A stretch of DNA of 64,000 bases from Felis catus (taxonomy: Eukaryota). Positions 48,026 to 61,106 of this stretch are shown piece by piece. The stretch covers positions 2,542,001 through 2,606,000 of the forward strand of contig NC_058383.1 of the NCBI RefSeq assembly GCF_018350175.1, written 5' to 3'. The first letter of the stretch is position 1. Every line of letters begins with the position of its first letter. The notes under the pieces were generated by a model that worked only from the letters and a program-made list of their open reading frames with translations, was not told the DNA's origin and made no database searches. Made by a program: the position numbers and the translations under genes.

Positions 48026-50154
48026 GAGGAACAGAAACATTTACAAATTTGCAGTGACACGGTGTTTAAGGCTTATGCTGCACCTTCTACACGCGGTAAA
48101 CGACAAAGCTGGTGGCAATCCCTGATCGGAGTCCAACAGAAAAACTCCGATCTCTGCCAGAGTCAGGAGTGCAGGCCAGGTGCTCAGAAAGCCCTTGTCT
48201 GGGTCCCCAGCCTAGAGGGGGTGTCCCTGCCACTGTTTCTCAGACTCCTCTGGTGTCCCCCCCCCCCGCCCCCCCCGGAGCGCTTCCCACGCCGGTCACC
48301 ACTTGCGGCTCCGGGGACCTCCTCGTTTGCTAGATGGCACATCAGGTGAGGGCAGGGACCTTACCTGGCTGGCTGCAAGCCCAGCCTAGGCTTGTTGACT
48401 TCTCAACTCCCCAAGGGCCTCCCCCACCCCCTAGGGGCTTCTCCTGGGAGGAAGCAGAGAATAACGGGTTGAGAAAGTCCTTCCTTGTCCGCCTCATTCC
48501 TTTCCGGCAGCCCCGGAAATAAACGGAGATTTATTTACAAGGGAATAAAAAGGTTTGCATTTCTAATGGGCTGGGAACCATTAAGTTGATGCGATCCTCG
48601 GCCTGCCTGCCAGGGATGGGAGAGAGACAGACGGCAAAAGTGCCAGCAGGTTTTGCAACTAAAACAAACCCCCCTCCCCTCCCAGGCCTGTCGTGTCCCC
48701 AAGGGCCGGGCTCTGGGGGGGGGGGTCCTAAAGCTAACAATGGTTTGGTTTGTAGCTTTGTTTGAACCCTGCTTTGTCCGGCAAGATGTTTCTCAACAGC
48801 CCAGAAATATGTGAGTACATTCCTTGAACACGTATAATTTAGTTCCAATTGCTCCTTGCTGGTGCAAGCCGCAAATGAAAATAAACAAGATTCATACTTA
48901 TTTTCAAGCACGTAGCGATAGGAGCAAAATTAACGCTGGTAAATAACACCCTTCTGAAAAAGGCTGCTGTTGGTAGAGGCTGCTCGGTACCCTGAAAACT
49001 AATTCTGAGGCGGAAAAGACCCAGTAATCAAGACGAGAACAGCAGATTTCAGGGCGGCGATGCGGCGGGACACGGGGGCCGGCCCAGGGGGCGCGACGCA
49101 ATTTATTTCTCTCGGGCGCCTTCCCAGGCAAGTTTAGCTCTACAGCTAATTACCGACTTTCTGTGCAAACACGAACAGAGCGCGTGGGGTACCATTCATC
49201 AAGCCAAGGGAATCAGAAGACACCGTAGGACAACAGGCCACGGGGAGCTGCACCCGGGCCAAGGAGAGGTTGATGGCAACCGCCGCGAACTAGGGGGTGA
49301 AAGGCCCCCAGGCAGGAGGGCCTCGTGGCCGGAGGGGTCTGGGTATCACTGGGAGGCTGGCCACAGGCAGGCCAAGGTGTCCTGCAGGGGACCAGGAATC
49401 AGGCCTCTGGTCTGATGGGCGTAGGGGACTGATCACAGGAGAGGAAGGGTTGCCAGGCCTGTTCGGGTGCGTGTGGGGTGCTTGGGTGATTCAGGCGCTG
49501 GGGGGGGAGGGGGGGGAGGGGTTTCGCTCAAAATTCGAGGTAGACAAAGAGACCGTCCGGGGGACCTCGCGTGTGTCAAGAGGTCGACGGGTGTGGTGTC
49601 TTGCGGTGGGCAGGCCAGCAGTGGGGACCTTACAGGGAACGATGACCACGGCAGGCCCAAGGGATGGAGCAGAGGCCACCTGGAGGTGACAGACAGTCGG
49701 GGTTGGGGATGGGCTCCGGGGGAGGGGCCGGAAAGTCAAACCCACAGTCTGTCTCTTCAGGCTTCTGAGATCCGAGTATTGGGAGGACACATCAAGGGGG
49801 ACATGGGTGGGTTCCTGATGTCACCAAGTGCCGGGTGAGGACAGCAAATGGAGCTTCACTATTCATGAAGGACCTTGCGCCCCCAAGGGAGGCCGGCAAA
49901 TGGGGGCCGAGACGGGGGAGTTGGAAAGACCATTATAGACCCACCTGGGGAAGCCAGGTTCCTGCTCCTAAATCCAGGGTTCTCCAGATGAAAGCAGGTT
50001 TGAGTGTAAGCCTGACACATGCACCTAGAGTGAACTGACTGAAAACAGAAGTAGGAGGTAAGGTGTAAAACCCCAATGTGTCCAGAGCATTCTGGAAATA
50101 ATAGAGGAAGTTAGATCAGCTGTTGGCATCTAATCAAAAATTTTTAAAAAAGGA

Positions 50155-50365
50155 GGGGCATCTGGGTGGCTCAGTCGTTTGAGTGTCGGACTTCGGCTCA
50201 GGTCACGATCTCACGGTTCATGAGTTTGAGCCTTGAGTCAGGCTCTGTGCTGACAGCTTGGAGCCCGGAGCCTGCTTAGGATTCTGCGTCTCCCTCTCTC
50301 TGCCCCTCCCCACTCTCTCTCTCAAAAATAAATAAACATTAAAAAAAATTGAAAAGAAAAAGAAA
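50155..50365 (+). mobile_element. Can-SINE
   Basis: Head, body and tail. Confidence 0.95.
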
Positions 50366-53224
50366 CCAAAACAGAAACCCAATGAACCCACTGATATTTT
50401 CCTTAAGCACCTTCTGTTTTGTGTTTTGTTTTGTTTTGTTTTGTTTCGGCTTTGTTTAGACTCTGTGGTCAGGCCCAAGCAGTTCCGACTATGGTAATTG
50501 GAGCCAATTTTCATTCTGGAAAATGTGAAGAGCCTCAGAGATTCACCGACGCAAGCCTAGGGGGGCGCCGTTCTCTGACCCGCAGATCGGCAGGGGGACG
50601 ATGCAGGGTCCCCCCTGGACACGTCGAAGGCTCTCTCTGCTTTGAAATGGCTGAGAGCCCGGCTGAGCCAAAACCACTGGAGAGTCAAGGCTGGACTAAA
50701 TAATATCCTCGGGGTAATGCTTTTCACCTTCATAAGGAGAAGAATTACGATGCTCCTTCCCTCATGTCCTCAGCTGATGGCCAGAGAAGAGAGATAATAT
50801 TTACTATTTTGTCCTTACAAAACACAGACAGCGGTGCCGACCGTATATTTGAAGAGGGGAGACTTGATATCTGGAGATGGGGTGTCGTCGGGCCAGGAAG
50901 AGCGGGAGATTTCGTTTTATTTATTTATTTAGCTCTGACCCTGGAACCTTCTCCCGAAGAACGCAGGGTCACAGCCGCCAAAGGCCCCGGCAGGAAGCCA
51001 GCCCCGGGTCAGTGGGCAGGGAGTCGCTCTGGAAGCGTTAACAAGGCGCCAGTCGGGAGAGCTGGGCCCTGGGGACAACCGTCAGCCTCGGTGGCCTCTC
51101 TGCTGAGTTGAGCCCAAAACAACAGCTCTGCCTGGAGGCCTACAAAGCGAGCATCCGGGCAGACTCAGAAGCGGTCTCTCTCTCATATTCTGCTGAGCCC
51201 AAGAGTGTCATTTTTTCGTTTGGTGTCTCCAAAGCTCGCGTCCCCTCTTCCTCATTAGCCGTGGCTGTCCCCCCGCCCCCCAACTCTCCCCGAGGAGAGG
51301 AGGCGTCCGCACGGCGGTGGGGATCTGTCTCCTGGGGGAGGGGGGGGTGGGGGTGACATCTAACCGGGCGGCAGGAGACGCAGGTTCCATCTGGTGGCCT
51401 GAGCGCCCGAGCCGGCTGCTTTTCCTTCTCTGGAAACACGACCTGACCCACTTCCTGCTGGCGTGATGGCGTACAAGTCCTCGAAGGCCCAGAGGACAGG
51501 CAGGCCACGTCTGCTCTCCCCACTCCGCGTCACCCCCGAGGGAGTAAAGACACTTCTCTTTTCATCTGGAGGAAGAGCTGCTGGGACCCACACCTTCCGT
51601 CCTCCGAGGAACCGTCCCGGCTGGTGCCGCCGTCCTCCGGCCCTGGCAGAGTCGTGCCGCCGCAGGTGTGGCTTCCAACCGCGGAGCTTTGCCGGGAGCT
51701 CGGGAAACCCGCATCCCACCTCCTGGCATTGATGGATGATCCTATCGGTTGGGGGAAAATGCTCTGGTCACGCACTGCTGAGGTGTGGGGAAAGAATTTA
51801 CTGCATAACATTTACTTTCTAGCGCGGGGCTGGGAACAGAAGGCCACGGGGGCGAGGGGCGTTTCTTCCCCTGGTCAGGTGGCTCCTAGCTTCACCTGCC
51901 ATCTAGGGCCTGGGCGCCAAGAGGACACGCAGGGGGTCCGGAGGCATTTCTCCGTTTCTGCAGCTATGGGCGGGGGCAGGACCAGCAACGAGACGGTCAG
52001 TCCGGGGCGGCTTTGGCGTCACCCGGGCCCTGGAGCGGCACCAACTCCCTCGGAGGCCGAGGTTCCCGTCCCGGTGCGAAGAACGAAACCCGAAGGGGGT
52101 GCCGTGGGAGGCGTCAGTACAATTGCACCGACAGCACCCTCTGGCAGAGGCAGCGAGCCTCGGGGCCTGATCCTAGGGTCTCGGCATCGTGCCTCCCGGG
52201 CCTCTGGCCCTCTGGCTCTGCACAGAGGGGTGCTACTGCGCCCCAGTCCGAGGCCTGGGGAGGTGCCGAGCCAGCTGACGGCAATCGGTAAGCCCGAAAG
52301 AGCCACCTGCCTCTGCCGCTCTGAGACCCCTCCCCAGCCTCCTGATCTCCACCTGCTCCGGCGGTTTCTGTCCAGGCAGGCCAGTCCCCGGGGGAGACTC
52401 GGGAGCCCGCAGGCCGGTGGGGTTCAAGCTCCGCCAGGTCGCTTAGCCTTGGCCTCTGCTTCTGTACGACGGGAGGGCCAGGCCCTACATGCCGGGTCAC
52501 GGCAAACACTAGCACAAGGTGAGCCACTGGGAGCTCAGCGCTGGCACCCGGGAGCCAGCAGTGCTGGGGAACGCTTGGGATCCGGAGGAAGCAGGACTGG
52601 TGTGAGGTGACGAAATGGGAAGAATTCCAAGGTAGGGAGGAGAAACGGAGGCTCAGGGCCAGCTGCCGTGGCCGTCGTGAGAGGGCTCCAGGTGGGTCGC
52701 TCAGGCCAACATTCTGGGGCCTCTGTGTCACCCCCCAGTGCCAGCCCTCGCCCCTTCTAGCTCCTGATATATGAACCTAGGAACGAGCATGTGCAGGAGG
52801 CGTTCCGGGACGCTGGCAGGCACACGGCGGGGGTCCGGCTTCCCCGCCTGTGTCACGACGGCCACCAGAGGAAGCCGGTCAGGCCCAACCCGGGAAAGCC
52901 TTTTCCTTTTCAGTCCACCAGGGGGCCATTTACTAAATCCCCAGGACCGGCGAATTGTGCCCTCGCTCGGAAAAATGGCTCCCTTGCATCTTTCGGGGCC
53001 CACTGGTGTTTATCACCGTGTGGGAGGGCCAATCGTCAGAGCTCTCAGGGACGGGACACAGCCGGTTTTAGATGGCCGGTGGGAAGGCATCACAGTCGCC
53101 TGGGAGTTAGTGATTGATGAGTGGGCACATATAGTCATCAATTCATTAATGTTATTATGATACGAACGCTATCACATATCAACAATATGTATTATCGATG
53201 TTACAAATAACTTGCTTTATTCTC

Positions 53225-53772
53225 TCAGTCTGTGTTTATTGAGTACCTACTACGTGCCCAGGCCTGTGTCGGGCTCTGGGAAAACAGTGGCGAAGGACGA
53301 CCTGGCTTGGCCCCCACGTCATGGCACTTACAGTTCACTGGGAAGCTAGACAACCGTCGAATAGTGATCAGTGATGAAGGTGGAATTGCAAATTGTGTTC
53401 GAGGGAAGTCACAAACCCTCTCACAGCCTGGAGTAGGAGGATTTGACTTGGTCAGGGAACGGGGGGTGGCGTTTTGAGGAACCAACCCCTGAAAGATGAG
53501 ATGGGGTCAGTTAGGCGGGTGTAAAGGGGGAAGAGTGATTGGGGCAGAGGGGGACAGCATTTGCAAAGGCCCTGTGGCAGGAGGACATAGAACAAGCACG
53601 TGGGCAGAGGACAGAGATGGGGACAGTGCCAGATGAGGCTGTGCAGGCGGGCAAGGCCCAAGCTGGGGATCTGTATGTACCCCAAGAGCACTGGGAACCA
53701 CGAAAGGATGCAAAGGGATAATGTGGTCAGATTTGCCTTTTAGAACGACCACTCTGGCTACGCGTGATGGGC
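53225..53772 (-). mobile_element. L2 3' region
   Basis: TTTATTGAGTACCTACTACGTGCCCAGGC...TGCAAAGGCCCTGTGGCAG...GGTCAGATTTGCCTTTTAGAACGACCACTCTGGCT. Confidence 0.88.
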
Positions 53773-54748
53773 CGTGCGATGTGCTGCCCAGTTCGTCCTG
53801 CAGAAATAAAGGCCTGCTCCCCACAGGTCCGGAGGCTGCTGGCAGAACGCCCTCAGCATGTGCCCCCTTCCTGGATGGGTGTCTGCCCAGAGGGCACCGG
53901 CCCCAGTCACGCCCCATCCCAGGGGGGCCAGCGGCTGGTGCCTGGTCGACGGCAGGACGGCTCAGAGGGTCATCCCAACTCCGGGGTCCCCGGCGGGGCC
54001 ATCCGAGGCCTTCCTCGAGGCTGGAGGTGAGCTGGATAACACGCCCTCCCTAACCCGGCCACCCCTCCCTTGCCCAGGTGACATGTCTAACACCACACCC
54101 AGCCCGAGGCCCTGCAGGGCTCATCTCCCTCTCGGAGCCTGCTTCCTGGGACGCCCGGTGACAGCCTGGGTGAGCTGTGTGTACTTCATCATCACTCAGC
54201 TCCAATGACGCACTCAGATGCTCAACAAGAAGCCTGAACTTAAAATATTGGTAAGTATGTATATAAAGTAATACTTTCTTCAAAAAACTCTGTTGCTGTG
54301 AAAGGCAAAGGGCAGGGCTCCCCACCTGCACCAGGCTGAGAAGTGAGTCCCAACGTGGCCGCGAGCCTCACTTCCTGCACTGCTGGTGGGTTTGCACGCA
54401 GCTTTGGGGGTTTGCTCGCCCCGGGGCGTCAGGCCGCCTGCAGGAAGCCGCCTGGGGAGCGCTGCCCGCTGCCCGCAGCCCACGCCTAGCTGCTCCCCGA
54501 CTCCTGTGTCAACCCAGAGCCCAGCGGGAGCCACCCTGCTGCTCAGAATCGGCCAGAAGAGGGCCCCGAGGGGGCGGGCGGGACATGCAACCTGGTGATC
54601 TCCACGTGGTGTGTAAGAGAGGCAACAGTGTTGCAAATGAAAAGCCGCAGAATGGATGCTTTTCCAAGCTGGGTGCCTGTGTAGACTTTTCAGTCCCAAC
54701 AGCCCAGGACAGATCCTTGTGTGTGTATGTGACCATTATTTAACAACA

Positions 54749-54938
54749 TTTTTTTTTTTTAATGTTTATTTTTGAGAGAGATACACACACACAGTGCCAG
54801 TGGGGAGGCACAAAGAGAGGGAGGCACAGAATCCGAAGCAGGCTCCAGTGCAGAGCCCGACGCGGGGCTCAAACCCACAAACTGTGAGATCATGACCTGA
54901 GGTCGGACGCTTAACCGACGGAGCCACCCAGGCGCCCC
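54749..54938 (-). mobile_element. Can-SINE
   Basis: Antisense body ending GGCGCCCC. Confidence 0.95.
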
Positions 54939-56446
54939 GTGTGTGTAACTGTTATTAAAGGTACAGTATCTTCCTGTTGGAAGAATTCGGAATGCCACTA
55001 GAGCATTCTGAAGATAAAGGCCAAAAACACAAACAAACAAACAAACAAACAAAACCCACAAAGCAAAAGAGAAAAAAAAAAAAACCCACCCCCAAAATAA
55101 TCCAGTCTACAACCAACTCTTTGGAACAGAATAAGGTTTAAAAAAGATGAAAATAATCACAAAGGTATGATTTAATCTTTACAGTGTTAATAGATATTAA
55201 TAGGAGGACTTTATATTGGGAAATGTTATTAGACAGCGTAATGATCATTTTACGAAAATCAATTCATTTAGCACTTAGACATTTTTTCCCTCTCTCCCTG
55301 GCTTTTGCTGACGACTGAAGTGCTACCGTCCCGATGAATGTTTCCTGCTTCGACGAGCGCCTGCCAATGGGGCGTAGAGCGGGATTTTGACACCTTAATG
55401 ATTTCTCCGATGCTGCCCTGCGATTTCCCACAGGTAAGAACTGGCTGTAACTGTGGCCGGGGCCATTCTGGGGGGGCACGGGATCTGCTGGTTCTCCTCC
55501 CCTCGAATCCCCCCAGCAACCCCGGAAGGGAGGTCTGTGATCACGCCCACGGCACAGAAGGGACACTGAGGCCCTAGCGAGTGCGTAGGGCACCGTGGGC
55601 ACAGCACGAGGGGGTGGCCGGGGTGCTCTGGAGACCCAGGCGTCCTTAGCTCCACGGCCCGCTCCACATGGACTGAGACATCCCTTACTGCCCGGGACGG
55701 CAAGTACGAGTCGCCGGTCTTCGCAGATCACGTCAGGACCGCTCCCAGCACCCCCCCTGCTCAGTAAAGGCTCACAAATCCTGCCCCAAATGAATCGCGT
55801 ACATATGCGTCATTTCAGTCATTCATGCGCGTCGATGAAGTCTCCAGGATCCCGTTCGGAAAGCCTCATGCATAGTCCGGCTGAACGCCCCGTCCCAATT
55901 TCTGTGACAGGGTAACCAGGTGAAGTTCTTTTTTTTTTTTTTTTAAATGTAGCCCCATGACAATGCTCAGCGGAAGGGGGGGAAATTGAACCTGAAGTTA
56001 CATTTGGAACCCATCTCAGCTCGCGGGGCCAGCGCCAGACTTTGTGCCTTGTGACTCTCCAAGTTGGGGCTGTACTGTGCTGCGGTCCCCACTCTTCAGT
56101 GCTCCCCCAGATTCCCTGGCATATGTGACCACTTTCCGTGATGCTTATTAACATCGTGATGGGTCAGCCTTCCAGGGGACGTGCTTTGTGCTAGACGGTC
56201 ATCAGTAAACATCAGGGTAACAGCCCAGTTCTGAGAAGGGGGCATGGCGGAGCTGGTTGGGGTGCCTGGAGCATGCTGTCCACGTGACTCCGAATTGCAG
56301 GCCACACCCGAGTCAGCTCCGGGGGGCGGGGGGGCACGCTGCTGAGGAGGGCACCGGATCCCGGCCACCTCCACGGGCCGCCCCAGAAAGCTATCAGTCC
56401 TCCACTCAATCAACAGACGTCTCTGTTTGGTTTTAAAACAGAATCA

Positions 56447-56690
56447 GGGGGCGCCTGGGTGGCTCAGTCGGTTAAGCACCGACTTTGGCTCAGGTCACGA
56501 TCTCAAGGTTTGTGGGTTTGAGTCCCGCGTCAGGCTCTGTGCTGACAGCTCAGAGCCTGGAGCCTGCTTTGGATTCTGTGTCTCTCTCTATCTCTCTCTC
56601 TCTCTCTGCCCCTCTCCAACTTGTACTCTGTCTCTCTTTCTCTCTCTCAAAAAAAAAAAAACACAAAAACAAAACAAAACAAAACAAAAA
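56447..56690 (+). mobile_element. Can-SINE with (AAAAC)n tail
   Basis: TSD AAAACAGAATCA at 56435-56446 and 56687-56698. Confidence 0.97.
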
Positions 56691-57214
56691 CAGAATCAAT
56701 TCATTGTCCAATCACAAAACTGACAAGCGTACATGGAAAGTCTATGAGAGTAGGGACCGTGCCTGTTGTCAGGCGTCCTCTCGTGAGTTCGACAAGTATT
56801 TGTTGAGTGAACGAGTATGTTGTAAATGACATGATCAAGTCCTACCGCAAAGACAGCACATTCCATAATTAAGCCACCTCCGAGAACTCTCTTCTGGGAC
56901 TATTTAGTGTGCATGAAATCTCTTGTGGGAACTCGTGAAAAATAAGATCTCGCTTCCGGATTCCCAGCCCTCGCTGGAGAGCTACAGAACCAGAACCTGC
57001 CTGGTGACAGCGTCCCGGCTGGTGGTGCCGTAGGAGCCCTCGGTCTCAGAGCCAGAGAGCTCTGGGTTCAAAACCAGGCTCTGGCATTTCTCAGGGACTG
57101 GGGTTGGGCGGGAAGACATTGCACGAGCTGGTGGCCAGGTGGGCCTCTCGGAAGAGACGGGTAAGCCGAGGCCTGAAGGAGGAGAAGGAGCCACAACCAA
57201 GGGAACAGTGGGGC

Positions 57215-57560
57215 TATCTCAGTTTGGATCCCCCTAGAAGCAGAGCTCGGGACAGATATTCAAGCACAAGTTAATTTGGGAGGTGGTCCCGGGCAGTGAG
57301 ACAGGAAAAGCGAGCCGATAAGACGAGGGTTGCATGCGGACCTTCCCTCCATCCAGAGTCGGGGACTTGGGCAGTTCATCCGCGACCCCCCACTCATCCT
57401 CGTTAAGGGGATGGTGGGGGCTGGTCTTAGTTCCTGGCGCTCAGGCCTTCTGGGCTGGCAATGAACGACAGCCAGAGCAGATCCTTGGGGTAAATCGATC
57501 CTGGCAGTCAGGGTTTGGAAGCCTGTGTACGGATCCCCCCTTAGGGGGATCTAAGTAGGG
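57215..57560 (-). mobile_element. ERVL LTR16-like fragment
   Basis: TATCTCAGTTTGGATCCCCTAGAAGCAGAG...TTAATTTGGGAGGTGGTCCC. Confidence 0.6.
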
Positions 57561-59319
57561 AAGTGAGAGCATCAGCCACGATGGGCAAGCTTGCTCCCTG
57601 TGAGGGGACCCGGCAAAGCAGAGGCCCTGAAGGGAAGAGCTCCACGTGTTCAAGGTTAGTGTGGCCGGAACCCTGTGAGCTTGGGGAGGCCGGGAGAAGG
57701 TAGGGCAGGGATCACAATTTTCAGCTGGCTCTAAAGAAAACACGACAAAACCCCAAACAAACAAACAAAACAGCCCAAAGCCCCGATCTGTAGTGTTTGC
57801 CAACTTGCACGGCGCAAATGTTCGCATCATGGCTGATTCCGCGCGACCAGGGTGAACCCTGACTGCAGCGGTGGGAGGACATGTGTGTGTGTTTGGCTCT
57901 CGCGTGCCGGATGAAGCCGGATCGAGCACCCACAGCGGGGAGGAAAGGGATGAGGATGGAGAGGATGATGGAAAACCATCAGAAGGGTTTTAGGCAGAGC
58001 ACAGAAAGGATGATCTAATTTATGTGTGTCAATGAGCCGTGAGGCTAGGAAAAATGGCCCGAACTGCAGCGTTACGACCTGGGCGCTTAGAACCTTGCCG
58101 TGGGCGCCCCCCACACCCGCCCCGACTCTGAGAAGTACACCCGCGGAGAGAATTTACAGAAAATCCATCGTCAGACCCTCTCACGCTGGGCTGAGACCCA
58201 TGCTTGCATTTAGATGATGTTAAAGGTCTTCCGTAAATTAACAAAACACGAGGGGCCGCAGAAAAGAGGGCGACGCGGCGCCTTTCCCAAAGGGTCCCGC
58301 TCGTCCGAGTCGGCGAAAGCCTGAACACGAGCCTTGCTGCCTCTTGTCAGCTTAAGTGAGACCTTTAATACTCCTTAAATATATTTTTCTGTTAGTAATA
58401 GAATCATGGCAGAGAAATGAAGCTATCTGTCATGTAAACGCCCGCCTAGAAGGAGCAGGACTGTAATAATGGGGAGCGAGGAGGGTGCCGGGCCACCAGA
58501 ATACCTGTACAAATGAAAATTGATTTTCTTGAGAATTCTTCGCCTGGTGAAATAAATTAAATCTGCATTTACTTCTATTTGTTTAAAAACCTCTTTGTTA
58601 AAATAAGCACAGCCGTATAGAGACATAATCTAATAAATTAAGAGAGGATAAATTTTACCTAATAACATTCTGCACAGAGACTATGCACAGAGGGAGCCCA
58701 CAGGAGGAAGGCTCACAGAAGCCACTTAAACGTCTGGACTAATTCTATTTGTAACGGTAAACTGACAAACAGATATGCTCAGGCCTTTGCAAGCTTGTTT
58801 TATTTTATTTTTTTTTCCAAATCACGTTTATTATTAGTTTAATTGGGGAAAAATAATCTACCGAGCTTCCACTGAGCCTGAAGAAATACAAATCTAACTA
58901 GGTCTTAACGTTTAATGCGGCTTGCATGGGGCACCACAAGGAACACTGTTTAATGAGGGGAAACTGCGTTGCCAGCCTCGCATGAAAACTCAGGACACGA
59001 AGCCCCGTCTTCCGCCCCGAGCACATCATCCTGCCTCTCGGATTTTCTCTGTCCCTCCCAATACGAGGGGAACCAAAATAGTCGTGGGTGTTCACGGAAC
59101 GTCAGCAGGCGCCTAGCAGTTGCTCCTGAGCCCCTCCGCCCCCCACCCCCGACCCGGGGTGGTGCTGGGGTGGGCGGGCAGGGGGTATGGCCCTTGGGCC
59201 ACATTTATTGACGCACCAGTGTCCCACAGCAGGGGTTTCGACGGAAAAACGAAGTTTTCCCTGTAGCCGCCTTAAGCCATTTGGGAGCAGAGAACAACAC
59301 AGGAAGGGCAGCAGACTCT

Positions 59320-60150
59320 GTTCAAAAAACTATTTTTATGAATGTAGGTGTTTATCACTATGAACTTCCCTCTTAGAACTGCTTTTACTGCATCCCATAC
59401 ATTTTTTTTTTTAATGTTCATTTCTTTTTTGAGAGACAGAGACTGAGTGTGAGTGGGGAAGGGGCAGAGAGAGAGGGAGACACAGAATCCGAAGCAGGCT
59501 CCAGGCTCCGAGCTGTCAGCACAGAGCCCGACGCGGGGCCCGAACTCACGAATCCATGAGATCACGATCTGGGCCGAAGTCGGACGCTCAACCGACTGAG
59601 CCACCCGGGCGCCTCACAGCCCATCCATTTTGATACGTTGTATTTCCATGTTCATTTGTGGCAAGATGTTTTTACGTTTCTCTTTTGGCTTCTCTCTGAC
59701 TCATTGGCTGTTCAGGAGCGTGCCCTTTGATTTCCACATATCGGTGACGTTTCCGGTTTTCTTCTTGTAATTGATTGCTAGTTTTGTACCATGGTGGTTG
59801 GAAAAGGTGCTTGATGTGATGTCAGTGGTCTTTTTTGGTGCATTAAGACTTGTTTTATGGCCTGACATGTGATCTCTCCAGGGGGATGCACCACGGGCCC
59901 TGGAGAAGGATGTTTTTCTGCTGGGTGGGATGGAATGTTCTATCCATGTCTGTTAGGTTTATCCGGGCACACGTGTCATTGAAGTCTGATGTTTCCTTAT
60001 TGATTTTCCTCTGTCTGGATGAACTATTCGTCGTTGAATGTGGAATACTGATGTTCCCTAACTGTATTGTTGACTATGTGTTCCTTCAGGTTTGTTAGTA
60101 TTTATTTTATATATTTAGGGACTCCAACATTCGGTGCATATGTGTTCCAA
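59320..60150 (-). mobile_element. Old L1 ORF2 (endonuclease-adjacent) fragment
   Basis: Antisense peptide VWDAVKAVLRGKFIVINTYI; ACTTCCCTCTTAGAACTGCTTTT. Confidence 0.85.
59402..59615 (-). mobile_element. Can-SINE
   Basis: Antisense body; degenerate TSD CCCATACATTTT / CCCATCCATTTT. Confidence 0.96.
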
Positions 60151-60491
60151 GTTCTGACTAAGTGCACCTAAGAGGGGATGTGACATTTGGGTACCCCTGT
60201 AATGCCAGGCACTGGGCATATACTTCATTGAATCCTAAAACAACGCTACTCCCATTTCTAAAGAGGAAATTGAGGCTTAAAATGGAAAATCATGGCTGAC
60301 CAGCGTGGCTGCAAAGACCAAGTTCCCATATGATGTCCTCGTCTTGTTGTTGGAAGAGTCAGCTGGAGAAAGCCATGCCTCTCTTTTTCCTCTCTTAGGG
60401 CTTTGTGTTTGTAGTTTTAAGACGATCAAACAGAGAGGTTCAGTTCTGTTGCCACCAACCATGCGTGCTCACTTCCCAATCCCGATTTTTA

Positions 60492-61106
60492 AAAAATTTT
60501 ATTTTTTTAAATTTACATCCAAATTAGCATATAGAGCAACAATGATTTCAGGAGTAGATTCCTTCGTGCCCCTTCCCCATTTAGCCCATCCCCCCTCCCA
60601 CAACCCCTCCTGTAACCCTCAGTTTGTTCTCCATATTTATGAGTCTCTTCTGTTTTGTCCCCCTCCCTGTTTTTATATTATTTTTGTTTCCCTTCCCTTA
60701 TCTGTTTCGTCTCTTAAAGTCCTCATATGAGTGAAGTCATAGGATATTTGTCTTTCTCTGACTGATTTCACTTAGCAGAATACCCTCCAGTTCCATCCAC
60801 GTAGTCGCAAATGGCAAGATTTCATTCTTTTTGATGGCCGAGTAATACTCCATTGTATATATAGACCACATCTTCTTTATCTGTTCATCCATCGATGGAC
60901 ATTTGGGCTTTTTCCATAGTTTGGCTATTGTCGATAGCGCTGCCATAAACATCGGGGTGCATGTGCCCCTTCGAAACAGCACACCTGTATCCTGTGGATA
61001 AATGTCTAGTAGTGCGATTGCTGGGTCGTAGGGTAGTTCTATTTTTAGTTTTTTTGAGGAACCTCCATGCTGTTCTCCAGAGTGGCTGCACCAGCTTGCC
61101 TTCCCA
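60492..61106 (-). mobile_element. 5'-truncated felid L1 (L1_Fc-like) 3' end
   Basis: Peptide KKLKIELPYDPAIALL...YTMEYYSAIKKNEILPFATTWMELEGI; TSD CCCAATC(C/G)CGATTTTTA at 60475-60491 and 61107-61123. Confidence 0.96.

Noticed and set aside
51624..52610. 328-aa ORF (longest in the window)
   Set aside because: Non-ATG start, P/G/R/A-rich, overlapping open frames on both strands and no domain; expected in high-GC DNA.
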